Shown here: in pieces, positions 10,166 to 18,679 of the stretch
How positions within the stretch are numbered: the first letter of the stretch is position 1
Layout of the letters: the number at the start of each line of letters is the position of its first letter
Source of the DNA: Actinomycetota bacterium
GTDB lineage: Bacteria > Actinomycetota > UBA4738 > HRBIN12
Assembly: GCA_040005555.1 (NCBI GenBank)
Contig: JBDTYT010000003.1
Location: 1 to 53,506 of the forward strand
DNA: 53,506 bases
Direction: 5' to 3'
Made by a program: the position numbers and the translations under genes
The notes under the pieces: model-generated
Databases searched by the model: none
Seen by the model: the letters and a program-made list of their open reading frames with translations, nothing else
Told to the model about the DNA's origin: nothing

Positions 10166-11692
10166 TCAGATCCGCGCGTCGAACGCGGCCATCGCGTCTG
10201 CGAGCAGCTCCTCGGCACGGGCGGCGAGCGCTTGCACCTCGGCGTCCATCGAGGCCGCGGCCGTCTCGTCCTTCAGGCCCGCAGCGTTGATCCGGACGTT
10301 CGCGATGGCGCACTGGGCGGCCGCGTGCAGCATCTGCGCCGCTGAGAGCCCGTCCGATGCGGCGTTCGGGTTGCCGAGCTCGGTGGCGGTGGTCGCGGAA
10401 GGCATGAGCGCCACAGCCCGCTGCGCCACCTCGAGTGGTACGCGAGCGGCCCCTTCGTACGCCCGCTGGATCGCCTGCGAGCGCTCGGCCTTCTGATCCT
10501 CGGAGTCCTTCGGCAACTTGAAGGATGCCATCACGTCATCGAACGCCGCCGCGTCCCGGTCGGCCAGCGCGAGGAACGCTCCGCGCGCCTCGTCGACCTC
10601 TGCCTGGATCTCGCGCATCCGGTCCCACGCGTCCTCGAGCTTCGGCTTGTCGACGGTCAGTCGGCACACCATCGAGATGAGGGCCGCGGCGCTCGCGCCC
10701 GCCAACCCTGCGACGGCGCCGCCGCCGGGAGTAGGCGCGTCGGAGGCGAGCGCGTCGAGGAAGCCGTCGATCGTCTGCGTCGCGATGCCTCTCCCACCGC
10801 TCACGAGTCGCTCCAGGACCTGCGTATCCGCATCGAACCCCTCCAGTCGTAGGTACGCCACTTCGTCCGGGCCGAGCGCCGCCTGCGGCACCAGCCCCAC
10901 GATCTCCGAATCCACGACGTCCATCCCGCGCTCGGCCGCGAGGTCCCGCACCGCATCGAAGGCGGTCCGCAGCCCGGTCACCTCGACGTCCACGAGATTC
11001 ATCGAGACCGTGACGCTGCCGCGTTCTGGGACGGCAAACCCGATGGCACGCACAGCCGGCAGGCCGCCGCCGGACTCGCGCACGGTCTTCGCGATCTCCT
11101 TGGCCGCGATCTCATCGGTCCCGGACAGGTACATGTTGAACGCGACGAGAGCCGTGCGCGCGCCCACCGCGGTGGCGCCCGCACGGCCGAGCTGATGCGG
11201 CCCGAAGTCGGGGAGCCGTTCGCCTCGCGCGACGGCTTCCTTCAGCCCTTCGTACTCGCCCTTGCGCACCTCGGCCAGGCTCGCACGTTCGGGGACAAGC
11301 GCCGCGCGGTCGTACAGGTACACGGGGATCTCGAGCTCCTCGGCCAGCTCCTTCGCGAACGCGCGCGCGAGCTCCACGCATCCTTCCATCGAGATGCCGC
11401 GGAGCGGCACGAAGGGGATGACGTCGGCCGCACCCATGCGCGGGTGACCGCCGCGGTGCTGCGTCATGTCGATGAGCTCGACGGCCGTGGCCGCACCGGC
11501 GAGCGCGCTCCGCCGCACCGCGTCGGGGCCGCCGACCACCGTGGTGTCGAGCCGGTTGTGCTCGGCATCGGCCTGTCGATAGACGAGGGTCGCGCCCGGA
11601 ACGTTGAGGGCAGCGCAGATCTCCTCGATCACGTCGGCCCGGTGTCCCTCGCTGAAGTTCGGGACGCAGACGACGAGCGGCTCCTCGGTCAT
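10166..11692 (-). CDS. ftcd: Bifunctional glutamate formimidoyltransferase / formiminotetrahydrofolate cyclodeaminase (FTCD fusion)
   Basis: CVPNFSEG, HNR, HPRMGAADVIPFVPL, VSMNL, SEIVGLVP, followed by the cyclodeaminase domain LASDAPTPGGG ... NVRIN. Confidence 0.92.
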   Translation of the reverse strand: MTEEPLVVCVPNFSEGHRADVIEEICAALNVPGATLVYRQADAEHNRLDTTVVGGPDAVRRSALAGAATAVELIDMTQHRGGHPRMGAADVIPFVPLRGISMEGCVELARAFAKELAEELEIPVYLYDRAALVPERASLAEVRKGEYEGLKEAVARGERLPDFGPHQLGRAGATAVGARTALVAFNMYLSGTDEIAAKEIAKTVRESGGGLPAVRAIGFAVPERGSVTVSMNLVDVEVTGLRTAFDAVRDLAAERGMDVVDSEIVGLVPQAALGPDEVAYLRLEGFDADTQVLERLVSGGRGIATQTIDGFLDALASDAPTPGGGAVAGLAGASAAALISMVCRLTVDKPKLEDAWDRMREIQAEVDEARGAFLALADRDAAAFDDVMASFKLPKDSEDQKAERSQAIQRAYEGAARVPLEVAQRAVALMPSATTATELGNPNAASDGLSAAQMLHAAAQCAIANVRINAAGLKDETAAASMDAEVQALAARAEELLADAMAAFDARI

Positions 11693-11731
11693 GCGCGTCT
11701 TCCCCGCATCGGCGAGAAGCCTACCGGTACG

Positions 11732-12109
11732 ATGCGCGCCGTGGACCTCGAGGCGTTCCGCGGCTGGCTCGAGCGCTACTTCGCGGCGTGGGCCTCGAAC
11801 GATCCGGCCGAGGTCGAGTCCCTGTTCTCGCGCGACGCGGTCTACTCCTGGGGTCCGTTCCGAGACGACGCCGTCGGACGCGACGCGATCGTCACCGCGT
11901 GGGTCAACGGTGGTGCCCCGCACGAGCTCCGCAGCCGGTTCGAGGTGCTCGCGGTGGTGAGGGACCGGGCCGTGGCGCACTGGAGCGTCTCCTTCCGCGG
12001 GGAGACCGGCACCACCGAGCTCGATGGGATCTTGGTGTGTGACTTCGACACCGATGGCGCCTGCACGCTGCACCGCGAGTGGTACGACCGACGTGAACCC
12101 TCCGCCTGA
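11732..12109 (+). CDS. SnoaL/NTF2-like protein
   Basis: WLERYFAAWASND, LFSRDAVY, GRDAIV, C..HREWY pattern; start could be GTG 11741. Confidence 0.82.
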   Translation: MRAVDLEAFRGWLERYFAAWASNDPAEVESLFSRDAVYSWGPFRDDAVGRDAIVTAWVNGGAPHELRSRFEVLAVVRDRAVAHWSVSFRGETGTTELDGILVCDFDTDGACTLHREWYDRREPSA

Positions 12110-12139
12110 GCACCCGATCCTCCGCTCCGAAACGCCGTC

Positions 12140-12169
12140 TTGACGGGTGTCGGAGCCCGGGAGTACAGT
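12140..12169 (+). promoter_or_regulatory. Housekeeping-sigma promoter of the SOS cassette
   Basis: TTGACG (12140-12145), 18 bp spacer, TACAGT (12164-12169). Confidence 0.7.
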
Positions 12170-12181
12170 CCACGTTCCCCC

Positions 12182-12197
12182 TCGAACATATGTTCGA
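12182..12197. promoter_or_regulatory. LexA (SOS) box
   Basis: Perfect palindrome TCGAACATATGTTCGA matching the actinobacterial consensus TCGAAC-N4-GTTCGA, just downstream of the -10 box and upstream of a dnaE2 operon. Confidence 0.93.
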
Positions 12198-12235
12198 TAT
12201 GTCCTCGAGGAGGTGTCGTCGGGAAGAGGCGGACG

Positions 12236-12487
12236 GTGTCGAAGCGCTACGACGAGGAGGTCGAGGTCCGGGTCGAGCAGGACGTCGGCATGCCCTCGGC
12301 GTTCGTCTGGCGTGAGCGGCGGTACGAGGTCGCCGACGTGATCGGCCGCTGGAAGATCGAGGGCCGCTGGTGGGCCGACGGCCGCGACCGCGAGTACTGG
12401 CGGGTCGAGGCACGCGGCGGCGCGGTCTGGGACCTGTACCACGACCGTCAGCACGATCGCTGGCACATGGAGCGGCTGTGGGATTGA
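12236..12487 (+). CDS. Small DUF6504-like protein resembling a stand-alone ImuB C-terminal domain
   Basis: 83 aa: PSAFVWRERRYEV..VIGRW.IEGRWW...DREYWRV....VWDLYHD....W.MERLWD; GTG start after GGAAGAGG. Confidence 0.8.
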   Translation: MSKRYDEEVEVRVEQDVGMPSAFVWRERRYEVADVIGRWKIEGRWWADGRDREYWRVEARGGAVWDLYHDRQHDRWHMERLWD

Positions 12488-12496
12488 ATCGCTCCC

Positions 12497-13192
12497 GTGA
12501 CCGAGGCTCGTGTCGTCCCGTTCGTCGTCTCGGAGCTCCGCCTCCCGGACGAGGAGCAGGCGGTGCTCGGGCGCGAGTGGTGGCCGACGGTCGCGCATGC
12601 CGTCGTCCATCGCGAAGGAGTGTTCCTGTTCGACACGGGGGCGGGACTCGACAACGCCGAGATCCAGGAGCGCTTCTCGCCTCGGGTCACGCCGATCGAG
12701 GACGCGCTTGCGTCCCACGGGATCGCGCTCGCCGACATCACCGGCGTCGCCAACTGCCACCTGCACTTCGATCACAGTGGCCAGAACTACCGACTCCCAC
12801 CTCGCGTGCCGATCTTCGTCCAGCGCGACGAGTGGAGGATGGTGCACGTGCCCGACTACACGATCCCCGAGTGGGTCGACGCCCCCGGCCTGTCGTACGA
12901 GCTCCTCGCGGGCGAGACCGAGGTCGCGCCGGGTCTCACACTGGTCCCCACGCCGGGTCACGCGCCGGGGCACCAGTCGCTCGTCATCGAGACGTCGGAC
13001 GGGACCGTCGTGCTTGCCGGACAGGCGGTGCAGTCGCGCGCGGAGTGGGAGGGCGCATCCGATACCGCTACCTCGGGCGAGCCGAGTGCGCCCGACCGCG
13101 ATGCCTACGTCCGTTCGGTGCTCCGTCTGCGCGCGCTCGAGCCGATGCGCGTGCATTTCGCCCACGACCCCCAGATCTGGGAGCTCGGCTAG
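12497..13192 (+). CDS. Metallo-beta-lactamase-fold hydrolase (AHL-lactonase-like)
   Basis: LFDTG, HLHFDHSG (HxHxDH), TPGHAPGHQS, FAHD. Confidence 0.88.
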   Translation: MTEARVVPFVVSELRLPDEEQAVLGREWWPTVAHAVVHREGVFLFDTGAGLDNAEIQERFSPRVTPIEDALASHGIALADITGVANCHLHFDHSGQNYRLPPRVPIFVQRDEWRMVHVPDYTIPEWVDAPGLSYELLAGETEVAPGLTLVPTPGHAPGHQSLVIETSDGTVVLAGQAVQSRAEWEGASDTATSGEPSAPDRDAYVRSVLRLRALEPMRVHFAHDPQIWELG

Positions 13193-13222
13193 CGGGTCCG
13201 CTCGTTCGATCGGTGCGATGAG

Positions 13223-16200
13223 ATGCCCGGCGGGTTCGTGCATCTCGACGTCCGTTCGTTCTTCTCCCTGAAGGAGGGGGCGTTCTCTCCCGAGGAGCTC
13301 GCCGTGCGCGCCGCTGAGCTCGGCATGCGCGAGGTTGCGCTCGTCGACCGCGACGGGCTCTACGGCGCGGCGCGGTTCGTCGACGCCTGCGCCAAGGTGG
13401 GCGTGCGGCCGATCCTCGGGGCGAGCTTGACGCTCCGCGAGAGCGGCACGCTCCCGCTCGCGGCCGCACGCGCGGGCGTGAGACGTGACGCCGACGCGAA
13501 CGTCGTGGTGCTCGCGCGCGACGATGCCGGCTACGCGAACCTGTGCCGCCTGGTCACCGACGCGCACATGACGGGCGAGCGCGGCGACCCTTCGCTCACG
13601 CCCGAGCAGGTATGCGCGCATGCAGGCGGGCTCGTCGCGCTGCTCGGCCCGTCCTCGCTGCCCGGGCGCCTGGCCACCTTGGGGCGCACCGACGCCGCGC
13701 GTTCGGCGATCGACCCGTTCAAGGAGGCGTTCGGCGATCGCGCGTTCGTGGGCGTCGAGCACCGGGTCGAGTCCGGCTCGGCGAACGAGATCCGCGCGAT
13801 GCTCCGCCTGGCCGATCGCGCCGAGCTCTCAGCGGTCTCGACGAACCCGGTGCGGTACCTCGTGCCGCAGGACGCGTTCCTGGCCGACGCGCTCGAGTGC
13901 ATGCGGCGCATCGTGCCGATCAACCGCACGAACGTCGGCCGCGTGAACGCCGAGGGCTGGCTGAAGCCCCCGCGCGAGATGCGAGCGCTGTTCGCCGAGC
14001 GCCGCGACCTCGCCGACGCGACGATGCAGATCGCCGAGTCGTGCACCTTCGACCTCGGGCTGCGCACGGTCCACTTCCCCGAGTTCCCCACGCCGCACGG
14101 GCGCAGCGCGTCCTCGGTGCTCGCCGAGCGGTGCCGGCGCGGTCTCGAGCGCCGCGAGATGCAGGCCACGCAGCAGGTCCGCGACCGGCTCGACCACGAG
14201 CTCGCGATGATCGACCGGCTCGGGTACTCGGCGTACTTCCTGACGGTGGCCGACATCGTGGCGGACATCAAGGCGATGGGGATCCACTGCGCGTGCCGGG
14301 GGAGCGCCGCGGGTTCGCTCGTGTGTTACCTCGTCGGCATCTCCGACGTCGACGCGGTGCGCCACGACCTCGCGTTCGAGCGCTTCATGAACCCGATGCG
14401 CGACGAGCTGCCCGACATCGACATCGACGTGGAGTCGGCCCGGCGCGAGGACGTGTACGACATGGTGCTCTCGCGCTACGGCGACGACCGCGCGGCGTGC
14501 GTCGCGATGATCGACACCTACCGAGCTCGAGCCGCCGTGCGCGAGGTGGGCAAGGCGCTCGGCCTGCCCGAGCCCGAGGTCGACCTCGTCGCGAAGGCCT
14601 TCCCGCACATCGGAGCGCACCGCCTGCGCGATGCCATCGAGCAGCTGCCCGAGCTCGCCGGCAGCAACCTGAACGCCGGCCAGCTCGAGACGCTCTTCCG
14701 CGTGGCCGAGCGATTGAACGGCTTCCCGCGCCACATCGCGCTCCACCCGAGCGGGATCGTGCTCTCGAACCACGAGCTCGTGACGCGCGTGCCGCTCGAG
14801 CGTTCCTTCCAGGGCTACCGCACGATCCAGGCCGACAAGGACGACGTCGAGCTCCTCGGCTACCTGAAGCTCGATGTGCTCGGCGTGCGGATGCTCTCCT
14901 CGATGCGCCACTGCCTCGACGAGATCGCCCGCACCGAGCACGTGAAGGTCGATCTCGACGAGGTCCCGCTGGACGATGAGCCAACGTTCGAATTGATCCG
15001 AGCCTCGGACACCCTCGGCTGCTTCCAGATCGAGAGCCCCGGCCAGCGCGAGCTCCTCCAGAAGCTCCAGCCGACGAGGTGGGAGGACCTCATCGTCGAC
15101 ATCTCGCTGTTCCGTCCCGGGCCGGTGAAGTCCGACATGATCCGCCCGTACCTGAAGCGCCGCCACGGCATGGAGGCCCCCGTCTACGCGCACCCGTCGC
15201 TGCGGCCCGCGCTCCGCGAGACGTTCGGCGTGATCGTCTTCCACGAGCAGGTCATCCGCGTGATCGCGGCGATGTCCGGCTGCACCCTCACCGAGGCCGA
15301 CCACGTCCGGCGCCACCTCGACGACGAGCAGATGCTCCAGTCGATGCGAGCCGACTTCCTCGAGCGCGCTACGGCTCGGGGCGTCCCCGGCGACGTAGCC
15401 GCACGGACCTGGGCCGACGTGGCCGAGTTCGCGAGCTTCGGCTTCTGCAAGGCGCACGCCGCCGCCTTCGCGGTGCCGACGTACCTGTCGGCGTGGCTGA
15501 AAACGCACTACCCGGCGCACTTCCTCGCGGGGGTGCTCACGCACGACCCGGGCATGTACCCACGGCGGCTGATCCTCGAGGACGCACGCGAACATGGCAT
15601 CCAGGTCCTCCCCTTGGACGTGAATCAGAGCGAGACGGAGTACGTAGTCGAAACCATCCCGGCGTCGTCGGGGCACGCTGAGGTCGGGGCCTCGCCCCGG
15701 GCTGCTCGGACCGCTGTGCTTGGTTGGGCACCGCGGGGGCTTCCGGCGGCCTCGACGACGCCCGGGGCGGACCCCTCCCTGCGTGCCGTCACGGACGGTG
15801 GGGAGGTTCGGTACGGGATCCGGTTGGCGCTGCAGGATGTGCATGGGATCTCGGATGGGGAGATCCGGGCGATCTTGGAGGCTCGCGCCGAGCGTCCCTT
15901 TCGCGACGTGGGCGACTTCCTTCGTCGAGCCGCCGTCTCGAAGCCGGTGGTGGAGGCTTTGGCGCATGCGGGGGCTTTCGATGCGATCGGGGCCGGCACC
16001 CGTCGAGACCGCCTCTACGAAGCCATGGTCACCGACCCCCAGAGAGAGGGCGATCAGCTGACCCTCGCCCTCCACGCCGAGCCCACCCCGTCGGTTGGTC
16101 CGGTTCCTCGGGGAGCGAAGAAGCAGGTGGAAGCGCGGTCCGGTCGCGGGCGTCGCGGAGCGCCCGTCGGCTCAGCCGCCAGCGGAACGATGTCCGCGAC

Positions 16201-16747
16201 CGGGCCCGGCAACCAGACAAGATCTTGGTCTCTGCCCGAATACACCGACGCAGAACGCGTGAGAGCCGAGCTCGAGGTGATCGGCATGGATGCGAGCCGC
16301 CATCTCGTCACCTTCTTCGAACCGCTGCTTGAGGACCTCCACGTGGTTCGGTCGAAAGACCTGTTCCGGTGCCGAGGGGGCGAGCGCGTGATGGTCGCCG
16401 GCGTGAAGGTGGCCTCGCAGACGCCGGCGATCCGCAGCGGGCAGCGGATCATCTTCCTCACGCTCGACGACGCCACCGGCCCGGTCGACGTGACGGTGTT
16501 CGAGAGCGTGCAGCCCAAAGTCGCGAAGACGGTGTTCCATTCGTTCGTGCTGGCTGTGCTCGGCACGGTGCGGCGGACCGGCGTGAAGGGCGTGAGCGTG
16601 GTCGCCGAGGACGTGTGGGACGTGGTCGCTCTCAACCAAGCGCGTCGTGAAGGCCATCTCGCCGAGGCGCTCCGGGGCGAGGGTCCCCCGTCGACAGCCG
16701 CACCGCGCAAGCTCTGGCACGCGAGCGGTGGCTCAGCGGGATGGTGA
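13223..16747 (+). CDS. dnaE2: Error-prone DNA polymerase III alpha subunit (actinobacterial DnaE2-type)
   Basis: Degenerate PHP (HLDVRSFFS), RGSAAGS, PDIDID, HPSG, KLDVLG, FCKAHA, OB fold (QTPAIRSGQRIIFLTLDD), C-terminal RKLWHASGGSAG; downstream of a LexA box. Confidence 0.93.
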   Translation: MPGGFVHLDVRSFFSLKEGAFSPEELAVRAAELGMREVALVDRDGLYGAARFVDACAKVGVRPILGASLTLRESGTLPLAAARAGVRRDADANVVVLARDDAGYANLCRLVTDAHMTGERGDPSLTPEQVCAHAGGLVALLGPSSLPGRLATLGRTDAARSAIDPFKEAFGDRAFVGVEHRVESGSANEIRAMLRLADRAELSAVSTNPVRYLVPQDAFLADALECMRRIVPINRTNVGRVNAEGWLKPPREMRALFAERRDLADATMQIAESCTFDLGLRTVHFPEFPTPHGRSASSVLAERCRRGLERREMQATQQVRDRLDHELAMIDRLGYSAYFLTVADIVADIKAMGIHCACRGSAAGSLVCYLVGISDVDAVRHDLAFERFMNPMRDELPDIDIDVESARREDVYDMVLSRYGDDRAACVAMIDTYRARAAVREVGKALGLPEPEVDLVAKAFPHIGAHRLRDAIEQLPELAGSNLNAGQLETLFRVAERLNGFPRHIALHPSGIVLSNHELVTRVPLERSFQGYRTIQADKDDVELLGYLKLDVLGVRMLSSMRHCLDEIARTEHVKVDLDEVPLDDEPTFELIRASDTLGCFQIESPGQRELLQKLQPTRWEDLIVDISLFRPGPVKSDMIRPYLKRRHGMEAPVYAHPSLRPALRETFGVIVFHEQVIRVIAAMSGCTLTEADHVRRHLDDEQMLQSMRADFLERATARGVPGDVAARTWADVAEFASFGFCKAHAAAFAVPTYLSAWLKTHYPAHFLAGVLTHDPGMYPRRLILEDAREHGIQVLPLDVNQSETEYVVETIPASSGHAEVGASPRAARTAVLGWAPRGLPAASTTPGADPSLRAVTDGGEVRYGIRLALQDVHGISDGEIRAILEARAERPFRDVGDFLRRAAVSKPVVEALAHAGAFDAIGAGTRRDRLYEAMVTDPQREGDQLTLALHAEPTPSVGPVPRGAKKQVEARSGRGRRGAPVGSAASGTMSATGPGNQTRSWSLPEYTDAERVRAELEVIGMDASRHLVTFFEPLLEDLHVVRSKDLFRCRGGERVMVAGVKVASQTPAIRSGQRIIFLTLDDATGPVDVTVFESVQPKVAKTVFHSFVLAVLGTVRRTGVKGVSVVAEDVWDVVALNQARREGHLAEALRGEGPPSTAAPRKLWHASGGSAGW

Positions 16748-16786
16748 GCCGTAGGGGTCCCCGCGTCCAGGGGTAGGCTGCGACCG

Positions 16787-17968
16787 ATGAGCGGGCCGCG
16801 GGGCGCCGAGCCGATCCTGCATGCTGATCTCGACGCGTTCTATGCCTCCGTCGAGGTTCAGAAGGATCCATCGCTCGCCGGAAAGCCCGTCGTGGTCGGC
16901 GGCGGAGGCACCCGAGGTGTCGTGATGTCGGCGTCGTACGAGGCGCGAGCGTTCGGGATCCGGAGCGCGATGCCGGCGGTCCGCGCCCGCCGCCTGTGCC
17001 CCGACGTCGTCTTCGTGAAACCAGACTTCGAGTCCTACCAGGCGCACTCGAACCGCTTCCGCGAGATCTTGCTCGCCGTCACTCCGCTCGTCGAGCCGAT
17101 CTCGCTCGACGAGGCCTTCCTCGACGTGGCCGGAGCCCTCCTCCTGTTCGGCGAGCCGTCCGCGATCGCCGAACAGATCCGTGCAGACGTGCAACGCGAG
17201 CTCGGCTTCTCATGCTCGGTGGGGGTCGCGCCGAGCAAGCTCATCGCGAAGCTCGCCTCGCGGATCGCCAAGCCCGACGGGGTAGTCGTGGTTCGCGCCG
17301 GCGAGGTCGAAGCGTTCCTGGATCCGCTTCCGGCCCGCGCGCTGTGGGGCGTGGGGGAGAAGACCATGGAGACGCTCTCGCGCCTCGGCGTGAAGACCGT
17401 CGGAGACCTCGGTCGGATCCCGCCGGTGGTGCTCGGGCGCTTGCTCGGTGAGCACCACGCCCAGGGTCTCATCGACCTGGCTCGCGGCGTCGACGTCCGC
17501 CTGGTCGTGCCGTACGAGGCGCCCAAGTCCGTGAGCCACGAGGAGACGTTCGATACCGATCTCGACGCCGACGAGGACCTGCTGCGCGAGATCCTCGCCC
17601 TGTCCCAACGGGTCGGGTCCCGCCTGCGCGAGGACGGCTACCGGTGCCGGACGGTCGTCCTGAAGATCCGGCTCGCGAACTTCACGACCCTCACGCGCTC
17701 GCGCACCCTCCCGGCACCGACCGACGTCACGGCCGACATCAACCACGTCGCCGCAGAGATGTTCCGGGCCCTCCCGGGGGCCCGCCGGCGGGTACGCCTG
17801 GTGGGCGTCGGAGCCTCGGGCCTCGTCGCGGCGGGTGAGGAGCAGCTCGCGCTCCTGCGCGGCGAGCGCTGGGGCGACGTGGAACGGGCCGTGGACCGGA
17901 TCGAGCGCCGGTTCGGCCAAGGCTCGGCGATGCCCGCCGCTCTGCTCGATCGTCGGCGTGACCGCTGA
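16787..17968 (+). CDS. dinB: DNA polymerase IV (Y-family)
   Basis: ILHADLDAFYASVE, SYEAR, SLDEAFLD (catalytic carboxylates intact), LWGVG, QLALL clamp-like motif. Confidence 0.95.
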   Translation: MSGPRGAEPILHADLDAFYASVEVQKDPSLAGKPVVVGGGGTRGVVMSASYEARAFGIRSAMPAVRARRLCPDVVFVKPDFESYQAHSNRFREILLAVTPLVEPISLDEAFLDVAGALLLFGEPSAIAEQIRADVQRELGFSCSVGVAPSKLIAKLASRIAKPDGVVVVRAGEVEAFLDPLPARALWGVGEKTMETLSRLGVKTVGDLGRIPPVVLGRLLGEHHAQGLIDLARGVDVRLVVPYEAPKSVSHEETFDTDLDADEDLLREILALSQRVGSRLREDGYRCRTVVLKIRLANFTTLTRSRTLPAPTDVTADINHVAAEMFRALPGARRRVRLVGVGASGLVAAGEEQLALLRGERWGDVERAVDRIERRFGQGSAMPAALLDRRRDR

Positions 17969-18088
17969 GTTCCGGGGGAAGATCGTGTGCCCACCTCCCC
18001 TCCAGCTGGGCACTCAGCGGTCCAAACCCTTCCCGTATCCGGTTGCGTTCCTATAATTGGGCAGCCGTCCCGACCGGTAGGAGCTGGA

Positions 18089-18460
18089 TTGCCACTCTCG
18101 CCAGACGAGCAGCGCATCCTCGACGAGATCGAACAGAAGCTGGCCGAAGAAGACCCGCGGCTGGTCGACGCCGTCAGCCGCACGTCGCTGTACACGCACC
18201 TCGCGAGCCGTATCCGATGGGCGTCGATCGCGTTCCTCGCGGGGTTCTTCATGTTGATGGCGTTTCCGGTCGCGTTGTGGATCGCTGCAGCAGGATTCGG
18301 CGTGATGCTCGCGTCATCGTTGTTGATCTACCGCTACCTCAAACAACTCGGTAAGGATCAGGTGCGCGCGATACAGCAGTCGGGGAAGTTCTCGATCGCG
18401 GGGATCTTGGCGCGGCTCACGGGTCGTTTCCGCGGTCCTTCGCAACCCCCCGCCCCGTAG
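18089..18460 (+). CDS. DUF3040-like membrane protein
   Basis: TTG start after AGGAG; MPLSPDEQRILDEIEQKLAEEDP then two TM helices; TATAAT at 18052-18057. Confidence 0.85.
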   Translation: MPLSPDEQRILDEIEQKLAEEDPRLVDAVSRTSLYTHLASRIRWASIAFLAGFFMLMAFPVALWIAAAGFGVMLASSLLIYRYLKQLGKDQVRAIQQSGKFSIAGILARLTGRFRGPSQPPAP

Positions 18461-18679
18461 CCGAGCCATCCCAAACCGCCGGCGAGCTCCTCAGGAGGCG
18501 ACGGATTCCTTCGTCAAACATGCCTGCTCCGGCTTGCCACGGACACCGTGCAGGCAGTAGAACAAGGTCACCTTCCCTGGAGGCGTGACCGTCAACTGCA
18601 AGTCGAGCTTTCCCTCGACCCGGCTGGCGGGGCCGCTGAAGTGGTTGATGGTGCACGAGTCGTCGGAGGGCGCGCGTCC

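Noticed and set aside
10166-13762. 1198-aa ORF as a giant FTCD fusion
   Set aside because: The first 690 codons are antisense to the SnoaL, DUF6504, MBL and dnaE2 genes; the real start is ATG 11692
15640-16240. Intein or group I/II intron in dnaE2
   Set aside because: The inserts are short and lack C/S...HN intein ends, LAGLIDADG motifs and recognisable intron core sequences
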